Source: an uncultured Clostridia bacterium (GTDB lineage Bacteria; Bacillota; Clostridia; Christensenellales; Borkfalkiaceae). From it: DNA of 64,000 nt. Positions 44,352 through 54,509 of this stretch are shown here, one piece after another. Positions within the stretch are counted from its first letter, which is position 1, and each line of letters starts with the position of its first letter. The stretch is from NCBI GenBank assembly GCA_964481555.1, contig CAYZTP010000001.1:38576-102575 (forward strand), in the 5' to 3' direction. The notes beneath the pieces are model-generated. The model did not search any database. It saw only the letters and a program-made list of their open reading frames with translations, and was not told the origin of the DNA. The position numbers and the translations under genes were made by a program.

Positions 44352-46442
44352 TTGACCGCAAAACAAAAATTACTTGAAACAATTCAAAACGGCGATTTCG
44401 CCCTTTGTACCGACGAAGAAATCACCCGCAAATTAAAGCTCGGCAAAAAAGAAAGCGCGGGGCTGCGCGATATGTTGCACGCTCTTTGCCGAGAAGGAGA
44501 GCTTTTATGCGATTCCCGTTACCGCTTCGGAACAGCGGAACAGTTCGGCGCGCTGAAAGGCAGATTTACGGGCAACGAACGCGGTTTCGGCTTTTTTACG
44601 CCGGATAACGGCGGCGAAGATTTATTTATTCCCCACCGTTCCACGGGAGGGGCGCTCCACGGCGATCTGGTTCTTGCTATCCCCGTTTCCGGACGTTCCG
44701 GCGACGAAGGAGAAATTTTAGCCGTCATCGACCGCGGCGTTAAAACGCTTGTCGGCACTTACCGTCGGGAAAAGAAAACGGGATACGTTACTCCCGACGA
44801 TAAAAAATATCTTGCGGATGTGCTGATTCCCGCAGGCAAAAACCGCAACTGTCCGAACGGCAGTAAGGCGGTCGTGAACATTACGTCCTTTTCGGGCGAA
44901 CCGATCGGCGAAATCGTGGAAGTGCTGGGCGAAAAGGGAGATTTTTTTGTGGAAGAGCTTGCCCTCATTCGCGCCCGTTCTTTACGTGAAGAATTTCCCG
45001 AAGAGGTTGTTGCGGAAGCGAAACGGCAAGCCGCCCGTCCGCATACCGCAAGCGATTTCAAGGGAAGATTGGACTTGCGCGACGAGTTGATTATAACGAT
45101 CGACGGCGAAGACACGCGCGATATAGACGACGCGATTTCCATTCGGAAGAACGGCGGAAATTACGAGCTTGGCGTTCACATAGCCGACGTTTCTCATTAC
45201 GTTCCGCGCGGAAGCGCGCTTGACAAAGAGGCGTTTAAACGCGGCACGAGCGTCTATTTTCCCGACCGCGTTCTCCCCATGCTTCCAGCCGCGCTTTCCA
45301 ACGATATTTGTTCGTTAAACGAGGGCGTGGACAGGCTGACGCTTTCTTGCCTTATGACGGTCGATTCCAACGGCGGCGTGATAAAAAAACAATTAAAACC
45401 GTCCGTTATCAAATCCCGTCACCGCATGACCTATACCGCCGTCACGAAAATCGCAAACGGCGAACGGGACGCCTTAGCGCAATATTCCGATCTTGCGGAA
45501 TTTGTTCGCGTTGCGGTGGAGCTTACGAAAATTTTACAAAAAAGAAGATATGAACGCGGAAGCGTCGCTCTCGACGTAAAGGAAGCGAAAATCCTCTATT
45601 CGGACGGAAAAATTACCATTCCCGATTGCGAGAGAACGATTTCGCACGAGATGATCGAACAATTCATGGTGTTAGCCAACGAGAGCGTGGCGGAAATCAT
45701 GACGGCGAACAAAATGCCGTTTATTTATCGGGTGCATGAATCGCCCTCCGCCGATAAAGCTCGCGATTTCTCGGAATTTCTCGCGCAGGCGGGCGTGAAA
45801 GCCGGTTTCGATCCGGAACGGGTGACTCCGCAGGATTACCGCGATCTTTTATCCTCTTTGGAATCTTCGCCTCTCTATTCCCTCGTCAACCGCGTGATGC
45901 TGCGGTCGATGATGAAAGCCGCTTACTCGCCCGATAATATAGGACATTTCGGGTTGGCTTCCGAATGTTATTGTCATTTCACCTCCCCCATCCGCCGTTA
46001 TCCCGATCTGTGCGTTCACAGAATCATACAAGAAAGTTTTTCCCGTCCGGAAGAAACGCGCGAACGCTACAAAGATTTTGTGGTAAAAGCCGCCGAACAG
46101 TCCTCCCTGTGCGAAAAAAACGCCGTGGAGGCGGAACGGGACGTGGACGCGCTTTATACGATTGCATATATGCAGGATAAAATCGGAGAAGAGTACGAGG
46201 CGACGATTTCCGGAGTAACTTCTTTTGGATTGTTCGCCGAACTCCATAATACCGTCGAAGGATTTCTTCCGATCGAAACCCTGCCGGACGATTATTACGA
46301 TTTTAACGAAAAGCATTTCCTGTTAAAAGGAACGAAAAACGTTTTCCGCCTCGGCGAGGAGATCAAAGTAAAAGTCGCCGCCGTCGATTGGGGCGCGCGC
46401 AGAACGCAATTTCTCTATATGGGGAAGATCAATCAAAAATGA
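44352..46442 (+). CDS. rnr: ribonuclease R
   Basis: 696 aa. Cold-shock/OB N-terminus, RNB core (IDGEDTRDIDDAISI, HFGLA, YCHFTSPIRRYPD) and a C-terminal S1 domain. TTG start 5 nt after AGGAGA. Confidence 0.92.
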   Translation: MTAKQKLLETIQNGDFALCTDEEITRKLKLGKKESAGLRDMLHALCREGELLCDSRYRFGTAEQFGALKGRFTGNERGFGFFTPDNGGEDLFIPHRSTGGALHGDLVLAIPVSGRSGDEGEILAVIDRGVKTLVGTYRREKKTGYVTPDDKKYLADVLIPAGKNRNCPNGSKAVVNITSFSGEPIGEIVEVLGEKGDFFVEELALIRARSLREEFPEEVVAEAKRQAARPHTASDFKGRLDLRDELIITIDGEDTRDIDDAISIRKNGGNYELGVHIADVSHYVPRGSALDKEAFKRGTSVYFPDRVLPMLPAALSNDICSLNEGVDRLTLSCLMTVDSNGGVIKKQLKPSVIKSRHRMTYTAVTKIANGERDALAQYSDLAEFVRVAVELTKILQKRRYERGSVALDVKEAKILYSDGKITIPDCERTISHEMIEQFMVLANESVAEIMTANKMPFIYRVHESPSADKARDFSEFLAQAGVKAGFDPERVTPQDYRDLLSSLESSPLYSLVNRVMLRSMMKAAYSPDNIGHFGLASECYCHFTSPIRRYPDLCVHRIIQESFSRPEETRERYKDFVVKAAEQSSLCEKNAVEAERDVDALYTIAYMQDKIGEEYEATISGVTSFGLFAELHNTVEGFLPIETLPDDYYDFNEKHFLLKGTKNVFRLGEEIKVKVAAVDWGARRTQFLYMGKINQK

Positions 46443-46894
46443 AAATCATTGCAGTCAACAAATCCGCATCTTACGAATATTTTATCGAAGAAAAATACGA
46501 AGCGGGAATCGTTTTGGAAGGAAGCGAGGTCAAATCGCTCCGACTCGGCAAAGCCTCTCTCGGAGAGTGTTTTTGCGAGATCCGCCGCGGAGAAATTATT
46601 CTCAAAAATATGCATATCGCCGTTTACGATAAGAGCGGCGCGTTCTCTACGCAGGATGCGCGCAGGGATCGCAAGCTGCTTTTGCACAAACGGGAAATCG
46701 CTAAAATTGTGGGACGGGTCAATGAAAAGGGATACACTCTCGTTCCCTTAAAGATTTATTTTAAAGACGCGCTTGTAAAAGTTGAAATCGCTCTCTGTAA
46801 AGGAAAACATACTTACGATAAGAGAAAAGCGCTCGCCGAACGCGACGTAAAACGCGATACCGACCGAATTTTAAAGGGGCTCGCTAACCGATAA
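46439..46894 (+). CDS. smpB: SsrA-binding protein
   Basis: KSASYEYFIEEKYEAGIVLEGSEVKS and RDRKLLLHKREI. The ATG at 46439 overlaps the rnr stop. Confidence 0.93.
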   Translation: MKIIAVNKSASYEYFIEEKYEAGIVLEGSEVKSLRLGKASLGECFCEIRRGEIILKNMHIAVYDKSGAFSTQDARRDRKLLLHKREIAKIVGRVNEKGYTLVPLKIYFKDALVKVEIALCKGKHTYDKRKALAERDVKRDTDRILKGLANR

Positions 46895-46967
46895 AAAAAC
46901 GTACCGCAATGATAAGACGAAAAAGACGGTTCTCTTCGCCGAGAGTAATTGACCGAAACATACCGAC

Positions 46968-47378
46968 CTATTCGATAGGCCGTTGATTCAACACGATCGT
47001 TTGCCCTTCATAATTGGATACGTTGTCTTTCTCAATAGTGAGAAACAGTTGCCCGTTTTTTATCTCAGCCTTTCCTTCCCAAATCAAATCCCCGTCTGAA
47101 AGCCCTTCTCCGTGCGTGTCATGATTGTAAAAACCAAAACCCGCAATACGAGTTGTCGCGTCCCAAGCGCTTATACAGAAGCTGTATTCGGTTCCATCCA
47201 AAATTATTTTACCGACGTAATCAAAGTCATCTCCCACAAATTCGATCAACGGATCATCGCTATACCATACAACGTGATACTCATAGAAATATTTTGTCCA
47301 CGGCCACTTACACGCGCCCAAACAAAAACACAATAATAAGGCAAGACAACATAAAAATGAGTATTTAAGTTTTCTCAT
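46968..47378 (-). CDS. hypothetical lipoprotein
   Basis: Signal peptide with lipobox CLGAC. No recognisable domain. Confidence 0.55.
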   Translation of the reverse strand: MRKLKYSFLCCLALLLCFCLGACKWPWTKYFYEYHVVWYSDDPLIEFVGDDFDYVGKIILDGTEYSFCISAWDATTRIAGFGFYNHDTHGEGLSDGDLIWEGKAEIKNGQLFLTIEKDNVSNYEGQTIVLNQRPIE

Positions 47379-47469
47379 AACATTCTCCTCTTAATTAACG
47401 TTCACATTATATTTTCGACTTGCCGACAATTTACGGGAACATACGGCTATCCGTAAAATATTTTTTCGG

Positions 47470-48342
47470 TTATTTATCCGATATCTTTGCATAGCATTCG
47501 GGACGGCGGTCGCGGAACAAGCCCCATTCCAACCGCTTTTGGGAGAGCGTTTCTAATTGATACTCTGCAATTAAAATCTCCTCTTTATCGCGTGAGGCGG
47601 AAGCGACGATCTCCCCCGTTTCATCCGTGAGAAAAGACGATCCGTAGAACAGCAGTTCCGATCGCTGCCCTCCGTTTTCCGCATCGGGAAGAACCTCCTC
47701 TTTTCCGATTCTGTTCGCCGCAATCACAGGTATCAGATTACAAGCGGCGTGTCCCTGCATACATCTCCTCCAATGAGGCATACTATCGCACTCCAATATC
47801 GGTTCGCTCCCGATCGCCGTGGGATATAACAGCAATTCCGCGCCGCTTAGCGCCATGCAACGCGCCGTTTCGGGGAACCATTGATCCCAACAAATTCCCA
47901 CGCCGATTCTTCCGAACGACGTTCGAAATACTTTAAATCCGCTGTTTCCCGGCGTAAAATAAAATTTTTCTTGATAATAATGATCGTCCGGAATGTGCGT
48001 TTTGCGATAGATGCCGAGCGTTTTTCCCGATTCGACGACGGCAACGGAATTATACAGCACATTCCCGTCCTTTTCGTAAAAACTGATCGGAAGCACAACG
48101 TTCAATTCCTTTGTAAGCCGAAGCCCCATGTTCACCGCCGCGTTTTCTTCTACCGTTTCTGCAAAAGCATAAAATCCGTACCGCCGCTGTTGGCAAAAAT
48201 ATTCCCGCTCGAAAAGCTCCGGAAGCAAAATAATATTCGCGCCTTGATTCGCCGCTTTCCGCACGAAATATTCTGCTTTCTTTAAATTATCTTCCCGTAC
48301 GGAAGAGCATTTCATCTGCACTGCGGCAACTTTTATGTTCAT
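47470..48342 (-). CDS. aguB: N-carbamoylputrescine amidase (CN-hydrolase)
   Basis: Nitrilase-superfamily motifs (LLPELF, GVGICWDQWFPE). It follows aguA with a 4-nt overlap. Start moved to ATG 48342. Confidence 0.85.
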   Translation of the reverse strand: MNIKVAAVQMKCSSVREDNLKKAEYFVRKAANQGANIILLPELFEREYFCQQRRYGFYAFAETVEENAAVNMGLRLTKELNVVLPISFYEKDGNVLYNSVAVVESGKTLGIYRKTHIPDDHYYQEKFYFTPGNSGFKVFRTSFGRIGVGICWDQWFPETARCMALSGAELLLYPTAIGSEPILECDSMPHWRRCMQGHAACNLIPVIAANRIGKEEVLPDAENGGQRSELLFYGSSFLTDETGEIVASASRDKEEILIAEYQLETLSQKRLEWGLFRDRRPECYAKISDK

Positions 48343-49484
48343 TTCGATCTCCTTATTTTTGCAAATATCTCGCTTTGAAAACGTCCGTCGGGAATCTGTT
48401 GGGTGATGCAATGAATATTCCCCCCGCCGAGAAGAATATCTCGCGCGGGAATCGGAATTATTTTACGATCGGGACAAAGACTTTCGACGATCGCGATCGC
48501 GCGAAGATCGCTTTCAACATTTTCTCCGCCGAAAACAGGTAAAATCACCGCGCCGTTGGAAAAATAAAAATTGCAGTAGGAAGCGGCAAGACGTTCCCCC
48601 TCTTCACGTTCGTCCTCTCCCTCTTCGAACGAGTAACCCGCAAGGTCCTTTTTAGTTACCGTAACGGGAACGTCGGGCAACGGCAACTTATGCACGATGA
48701 GTTTCCGTCCTTTCGCGTCCGTTGCGTTTTCCAGATATTCCAAATCGCTCTGACTGAGCGCATACTGCGGATCGTTTTCGTCGTCCGTCCAAGCCAATAC
48801 GACTTCCGCAGGGCGTATAAACGCGCAAACGTTGTCAACGTGTTCGTTTGTTTCGTCGCCGTAGATTCCGCGCGGAAGCCACAATACCTTTTCCGCGCCG
48901 AGAAATTCTTTCAATCGATCTTCGATTTGTCGTTTCGTAAGATCGGGATTCCGTCCCTTACTTAAAAGGCAGCTCTCCGTTACAAGAATCGTTCCCTCTC
49001 CGTCCGAAGCAATGCTGCCGCCCTCCAATACAAAAGGCGCGGCGTCATAAACGGGAACGGTAAATCGATCCGCAAAAAATTTTGCAAACGCGTCGTCCCT
49101 TTCCCAATGGGCGTAAAGTCCGTCCGTTTCGCCTCCCCAGGCGTTAAAACGCCAATTAACCGCCCGCACTTCGCCCGTAAGCGGATTTTTAACGAACGTC
49201 GGCGCGATATCCCGCGCCCAAGAGTCGTCCGTTTCCGCTTCGAAAACAAGCACGTTCTCCGTGCCGGAAAGCGCGGCTTTGGCTCCTTCCGTTCTGCGTC
49301 GCGGACAAGCGACAAATACCTTTTCGCTTTCCGCAATCGCCCGAATCACCTGCACGAACGCCTGTTCCGCGTACTTTGCGCCGTAGGTCCAACTTCCCGC
49401 CCTATGCGGCCATATCAAAACACAGCCCGCATGATCATCATACTCCGCAGGCATATAAAAACCGTCATGCTTAGGCGTCGTCAC
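48339..49484 (-). CDS. aguA: agmatine deiminase
   Basis: PAD_porph-type protein with a C-terminal GGGNIHCITQQ catalytic Cys motif. Confidence 0.88.
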   Translation of the reverse strand: MTTPKHDGFYMPAEYDDHAGCVLIWPHRAGSWTYGAKYAEQAFVQVIRAIAESEKVFVACPRRRTEGAKAALSGTENVLVFEAETDDSWARDIAPTFVKNPLTGEVRAVNWRFNAWGGETDGLYAHWERDDAFAKFFADRFTVPVYDAAPFVLEGGSIASDGEGTILVTESCLLSKGRNPDLTKRQIEDRLKEFLGAEKVLWLPRGIYGDETNEHVDNVCAFIRPAEVVLAWTDDENDPQYALSQSDLEYLENATDAKGRKLIVHKLPLPDVPVTVTKKDLAGYSFEEGEDEREEGERLAASYCNFYFSNGAVILPVFGGENVESDLRAIAIVESLCPDRKIIPIPARDILLGGGNIHCITQQIPDGRFQSEIFAKIRRSK

Positions 49485-50659
49485 GAAAGCCTCCCTTTGA
49501 AATCGGCATAACCGAACCGTTTAACGAGTTCGGTTTCGCCGTTCTTTTTCAACAAATAAATAGAAGGCAAAGGTATGCCGTTAAACGTATTATTCTTCAC
49601 CATAGAATAGATTGCCATGTCGCCGAATACGAGCTTATCTCCTACCTTTACGGGTCGTTCGAAGGAATAATCGCCGATAATATCGCCCGCAAGACAAGTG
49701 AGAGAAGAAAGACGGTAAGTAAACGGTTTTATTCCCGCTTCGAACGCTTCGTATATCGGCGGACGATACGGCATTTCTAAAACGTCGGGCATATGACATT
49801 CGGCGGAAGCGTCTAAAATCAAAACGTCCACGCCGTTTTGCACGATATCTTGCACTTCGGTAACGAGGTAACCGGCGTTGAGCGCGACGGCTTCTCCCGG
49901 CTCCAAATAGATTTGCACGTCGTACCTTTGCTTGACCGAGCGCAAAAATTCTTTCAACTCTTTCAAATGGTATCCTTCGCGGGTAATATGGTGTCCTCCG
50001 CCCAAATTCAACCATTTGATTTGTCGGAAATAGCGTGCGAATTTGCTCTCTGCGGCTTCAAACGTACTAATTAAATCAAACGAATCCTGTTCGCACAACG
50101 TATGAAAGTGCAATCCCTCGATCTCCTCCGGCAGGTTATTTCCGAACGCTTTTGAGAACGCCGCAAAAGTCATACCCAACCGAGAACCCTCTGCGCACGG
50201 GTCGTAAATCGCTCCGCTTTGCGTAGAATATTCGGGGTTAATCCGAATCCCGATGCTGATTTTCCGCTCGGAAACGGCGTTATGTCCCGCAACGGCGCCG
50301 CGATGAGTCATATATTGCGCATAGGAATTAAATACGATATGGTCGCAAATTTCTATCAATTCTTCCATATCCCCGCTTTTAAACGCGGGAGCGTACACAT
50401 GGTTCTCCTTTCCCATCTCCTCAAAGGAAAGCCGCGCTTCGTAAACTCCGCTCGCCGTCGTCCCCGACAGGTATTTTTTGATGAGCGGATAGAGTTTAAA
50501 ACAAGAAAACGCTTTCTGCGCAAGCAAAACACGGCAGCCCGTCTCTTTTTCAAGCGAAGAAAGCAAGGCGCAATTTTCTTCTATCTTTTCTTCATCTATC
50601 ACATAGCACGGCGTTGGAAGCGTCTTTAATACCTTTGTTTTTTGCATTTTATTCGACAA
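49481..50659 (-). CDS. nspC: carboxynorspermidine/carboxyspermidine decarboxylase
   Basis: About 390-aa alanine-racemase-fold decarboxylase (PCYVIDE, HFHTLCEQ, LNLGGG), immediately downstream of the CANSDH gene. Confidence 0.8.
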   Translation of the reverse strand: MSNKMQKTKVLKTLPTPCYVIDEEKIEENCALLSSLEKETGCRVLLAQKAFSCFKLYPLIKKYLSGTTASGVYEARLSFEEMGKENHVYAPAFKSGDMEELIEICDHIVFNSYAQYMTHRGAVAGHNAVSERKISIGIRINPEYSTQSGAIYDPCAEGSRLGMTFAAFSKAFGNNLPEEIEGLHFHTLCEQDSFDLISTFEAAESKFARYFRQIKWLNLGGGHHITREGYHLKELKEFLRSVKQRYDVQIYLEPGEAVALNAGYLVTEVQDIVQNGVDVLILDASAECHMPDVLEMPYRPPIYEAFEAGIKPFTYRLSSLTCLAGDIIGDYSFERPVKVGDKLVFGDMAIYSMVKNNTFNGIPLPSIYLLKKNGETELVKRFGYADFKGRLS

Positions 50660-51908
50660 GCGCGGGATTTTCGTCCACTACCCATGGTAATCCGTATTGC
50701 TTCAACATCTCCATGAACGGATCGGGATCGAACTCTTCGACGGTAAACACGCCTTTTTTGTTCCATTGTTTGCTTACAACGAGTGCCGCGCCGATCATGG
50801 CGGGTACGCCCGTCGTGTACGAAATCGCTTGCGACCCTACCTCTTTATAACATTCTTGATGATCGCATACGTTGTAAATATAAACCGTTTTCCGTTTTCC
50901 GTCCTTTTTCCCCGTAAAAATACAGCCGATATTCGTCTTTCCGACCGTTCTGGATCCCAACGAAGCGGGATCCGGAAGCAGCGTCTTTAAAAATTGGATA
51001 GGAACTATCTCTTTCCCTTCAAACAGAACGGGCGAAGTGGATAACATTCCCACGTCTTCAAGACATTTCATATGCGTGAGATAGCTCTGTCCGAACGTCA
51101 TAAAAAAGCGGATGCGTTTTACGTTCGGAATGTTTTTCGCAAGAGATTCGATCTCCTCGTGGTGCAGCAAATACATATCCTTTTGTCCCACTTCCGGGAA
51201 ATTATAAACGCGCTTGATCTCCATGGGCTTCGTTTCCACCCAGCGTCCGTTTTCCCAATACGAGCCGTTGGCGGATACTTCGCGCAGGTTGATTTCGGGA
51301 TTGAAATTCGTTGCGAACGGATAGCCGTGATCTCCCCCGTTGCAATCGAGAATATCAATGGTTTCGATTTCGTCGAAATAATGCTTCAAAGCGTAAGCGG
51401 AAAACACGCTTGTAACGCCGGGATCGAATCCGCTGCCCAAAAGTCCCGTAATACCCGCCTTTTCGAACTTTTCTTTGTAAGCCCACTGATAAGAATAATC
51501 GAAATATGCGGTAAAACCCTGTTCTTTACAGCGTTTTTCGTAATTTTCGCACCAAACGGGGTCGTCGGTATTTTCAGGCTCGTAATTAGCCGTGTCGATA
51601 TAATCCACCTTGCATTTTAAACAGGCTTCCATAATCGTCAAATCTTGATAGGGCAGAGCGACGTTTAAAACGGCGTCCGGTTGATAAGAATGAATGAGCG
51701 CGACAAGTTCCTCCACGTTGTCGGCATTTACCCGCGCCGTCGTAATTTTCGTTTGCGTTCGGTTTTTCCATGTTTCTTTCACCGCTTCGCATTTTGAAAG
51801 CGTACGGCTTGCAATGCAAATCTCGCCGAACGTCTTACTGTTTTCGCAACATTTGGCAATCGCCACGCCCGCTACGCCGCCGCAGCCGATAATCAATAAT
51901 CTTCCCAT
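50649..51908 (-). CDS. carboxynorspermidine synthase/dehydrogenase (saccharopine dehydrogenase family)
   Basis: Rossmann N-terminus LLIIGCGGVAGV. 419 aa. Paired with nspC. Confidence 0.8.
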   Translation of the reverse strand: MGRLLIIGCGGVAGVAIAKCCENSKTFGEICIASRTLSKCEAVKETWKNRTQTKITTARVNADNVEELVALIHSYQPDAVLNVALPYQDLTIMEACLKCKVDYIDTANYEPENTDDPVWCENYEKRCKEQGFTAYFDYSYQWAYKEKFEKAGITGLLGSGFDPGVTSVFSAYALKHYFDEIETIDILDCNGGDHGYPFATNFNPEINLREVSANGSYWENGRWVETKPMEIKRVYNFPEVGQKDMYLLHHEEIESLAKNIPNVKRIRFFMTFGQSYLTHMKCLEDVGMLSTSPVLFEGKEIVPIQFLKTLLPDPASLGSRTVGKTNIGCIFTGKKDGKRKTVYIYNVCDHQECYKEVGSQAISYTTGVPAMIGAALVVSKQWNKKGVFTVEEFDPDPFMEMLKQYGLPWVVDENPALVE

Positions 51909-51921
51909 AAGTCACCTCTTA

Positions 51922-52776
51922 TTATTTTTCTTCTTCTTTTAACATATCTTCCACATATTTGGGGAGCATGAACGCCCCTTTATGCAGATTGGTCGTATAA
52001 TACCATGTTTTGATATTGCGCTTGTTCCACCGATCGGCATTGAGATCTCCCAAGGGGTGGTATTTTTTCGAAGTAAATCCAAACAGCCAGTATCCGGAAG
52101 GACAGGTCGGAAAATGCGCTTGATACACACGGCTGATGGGGAACAGATGGCTCGCCTTACGGTGCATTAAACGGCAAGAATTTTCGTTCTCGTCATAAAA
52201 CGGACTGCCGTGCTGGTAGACCATGATGCCGTCCTCTCTGAGCGCCCTGTAACAATTCCCGTAAAACTCTTTCGTAAACAGTCCCGCCGTATGTCCCAGC
52301 GGGTCGATCGCGTCGTTTATGATCAAATCGTATTCGTCGATCTTGGAACGCAAAAAACGCAACCCGTCGAGATGATAGATGTTCACTCTCCGATCCGAAA
52401 GTCCTTTGGCGTTATCGGGGAAAAATTCTTTACAAATATCAACAAAAATTTTATCTTCTTCTACGATATCGATGCGCTCGATCTCATCGTAATAACTCAG
52501 TTCCCGCGCTACGCCGCCGTCGCCTCCGCCTAAAATCAACACTTTTTTTACGTCGGGATGCACCGCCATAGGAACGTGCGAAATCATTTCGCTGTATATA
52601 AACTCATCTTTTTCGGAAAAGACGATACTGTCGTCGCAGGTGATGAGTCTGCCGAACTCTTTCGAATCGAATACGGCGATTCGCTGATATTCCGTCCGTT
52701 CGCTGTAAAGCTGTTTTTCGATTTTTACGTCCAGTTTCACATGATCGGTATGATAATCGGAAAGCCAAAGATCCAA
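51922..52776 (-). CDS. speE: spermidine synthase (aminopropyltransferase)
   Basis: QRIAVF, the ILGGGDGGVAREL motif and IINDAIDP. Confidence 0.88.
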   Translation of the reverse strand: MDLWLSDYHTDHVKLDVKIEKQLYSERTEYQRIAVFDSKEFGRLITCDDSIVFSEKDEFIYSEMISHVPMAVHPDVKKVLILGGGDGGVARELSYYDEIERIDIVEEDKIFVDICKEFFPDNAKGLSDRRVNIYHLDGLRFLRSKIDEYDLIINDAIDPLGHTAGLFTKEFYGNCYRALREDGIMVYQHGSPFYDENENSCRLMHRKASHLFPISRVYQAHFPTCPSGYWLFGFTSKKYHPLGDLNADRWNKRNIKTWYYTTNLHKGAFMLPKYVEDMLKEEEK

Positions 52777-52794
52777 CTTATTTTCTCCTTTACG

Positions 52795-54258
52795 TTATTT
52801 CCATACTTGCCGCTCGTCGGTTAAAACGTTCAGATATTCCACGTTGATATCTTCCGTTCCCTGCATGGAGCAACCTTTTTCTTTCGCATATATGATATAT
52901 TCGATAATATCTTCCGTAATCAATTCGCCCGGAGCGAGAATCGGGATTCCCGGCGGATAACACATAACGAACTCCGCGCAGATCTTTCCCGCCGTCTTTT
53001 TCAAAGGCATACTCTTCTTTTCCGAATAAAACGCGATCTGCGGCGATACAAGCACGCTCGGCGCAATATATTCGGTATTCAGCATCTTGGTCGAAGTTTT
53101 CGCGTAAAAATGTCTGATATCCGAAAGCGCGCCCACCAAACGTTCGATATCCTGTATTCGGTCTCCGATGGAGATATAAGCAAGAATATTTGCGATATCG
53201 CCGAACTCTATCTGAATATCGTACTCGTCCCTTAAAAGATCGTAAACTTCGATTCCCGCCAATCCGATATCCCGCGTATAGACGGAAAGCTTCGTCACGT
53301 CAAAATCGTAAATACTTCCGCCGTTGACGATTTCTTTGCCGTAAGCGTAATAACCGCCGATTTTGTTGATCTCCGCCCGCGCGTATTCCGCCATTTCGGC
53401 GACCTTAGAGAACGTCTCCTTCCCCCGCAGAGCCAAATTTCTCCTTGAAATATCCAAGCTCGCCATCAACAAATACGAAGCGCTCGTCGTCTGTGTCAAA
53501 TTGATGATTTGCGACACATATTCCCAATTAACCTGTTTTCCCGTAAGCAGAAGAGAGCTTTGCGTTAAACTGCCGCCCGACTTATGCATGGAAACCGCCG
53601 CCATGTCCGCGCCCGCCTCCATTGCGCTAACGGGGAGATCGTCTCCGAAATAAAAATGCGTGCCGTGCGCTTCGTCGGCAAGCACAAGCATTTCATGCTC
53701 GTGCGCTGTTTTTACGATGGAACGGATATCCGAGCAAATGCCGTAATACGTCGGATTGTTTACGAGAACGGCGACCGCACCCGGGTTGTCCAAAATAGCC
53801 TTTTCCACTTCGGAAACTTTCATGCCGAGCGAAATTCCAAGCTTTTCGTCCACTTCCGGATTGACATAAACGGGAATCGCGCCGCAGAGGACGAGCGCGT
53901 TAATCACGCTTCTATGCACGTTGCGCGGGAGAATAATCTTGTCCCCCGCTTGACACACGGATAAAATCATGCTCTGCACAGAGGACGTCGTCCCGCCCAC
54001 CATAAAGAACGCGTGATCCGCTCCGAACAATTCGGCCGCGAGCTCCTCCGCCTCCTTGATAACGGAAACGGGATGACAAAGATTGTCGAGCGGTTTCATA
54101 GAGTTCACGTCGATTCCTACGCATTTTTCGCCCAAAAGCTCGACAAGTTCGGGATTCCCTCTCCCCCGTTTATGCCCGGGTACGTCAAAGGGAACGACGC
54201 GCTTCTTTTTTAAGATTTCCAACGCCTCTAAAATGGGTGCGCTCTGCTGTTTCCTCAT
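52795..54258 (-). CDS. speA: Orn/Lys/Arg decarboxylase family, arginine decarboxylase (Bacillus SpeA type)
   Basis: Fold-I PLP enzyme with SMHKSGGSLTQ (PLP lysine). It is the first gene of the agmatine pathway operon. Confidence 0.8.
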   Translation of the reverse strand: MRKQQSAPILEALEILKKKRVVPFDVPGHKRGRGNPELVELLGEKCVGIDVNSMKPLDNLCHPVSVIKEAEELAAELFGADHAFFMVGGTTSSVQSMILSVCQAGDKIILPRNVHRSVINALVLCGAIPVYVNPEVDEKLGISLGMKVSEVEKAILDNPGAVAVLVNNPTYYGICSDIRSIVKTAHEHEMLVLADEAHGTHFYFGDDLPVSAMEAGADMAAVSMHKSGGSLTQSSLLLTGKQVNWEYVSQIINLTQTTSASYLLMASLDISRRNLALRGKETFSKVAEMAEYARAEINKIGGYYAYGKEIVNGGSIYDFDVTKLSVYTRDIGLAGIEVYDLLRDEYDIQIEFGDIANILAYISIGDRIQDIERLVGALSDIRHFYAKTSTKMLNTEYIAPSVLVSPQIAFYSEKKSMPLKKTAGKICAEFVMCYPPGIPILAPGELITEDIIEYIIYAKEKGCSMQGTEDINVEYLNVLTDERQVWK

Positions 54259-54284
54259 CTTTCGTGATTACCTCTTTCTTCGTC

Positions 54285-54312
54285 AAAAAAAAGACGAACC
54301 GATTCGCCCGTC
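54285..54312 (-). terminator. intrinsic terminator inside the speA 5' leader (attenuator)
   Basis: Minus strand reads GACGGGC-GAATCG-GTTCGTC followed by T8. It ends 27 nt upstream of the speA ATG. Confidence 0.65.
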
Positions 54313-54403
54313 TTTACAGCTTTCGCTCTTTTATGTTTTCGATAATAACGCCAAGAGAATCATACAACTGATAGATTGAAGTCGGATCGTGCGAATCCAT
54401 AAA

Positions 54404-54423
54404 TATAATATTTTATAATATTT
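54404..54423. repeat. perfect tandem 10-mer x2 in speA leader
   Basis: TATAATATTT TATAATATTT on the plus strand, which is AAATATTATA x2 on the transcribed strand. Confidence 0.9.
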
Positions 54424-54509
54424 ACTTTACCTGTGCTCGACTACACAGTTAAAAACCACAATGCGGCAGTTGTACAATAAAGAATAATCTGCCTATTTGC
54501 TTTGAAAAA

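Noticed and set aside
46895-46967. I expected ssrA (tmRNA) downstream of smpB, as in many Firmicutes.
   Set aside because: Only 73 nt separate smpB from the next gene, which is on the minus strand. There is no GGGG...tRNA-like acceptor or TPsiC arm, and no CCA-proximal sequence. tmRNA must be elsewhere.
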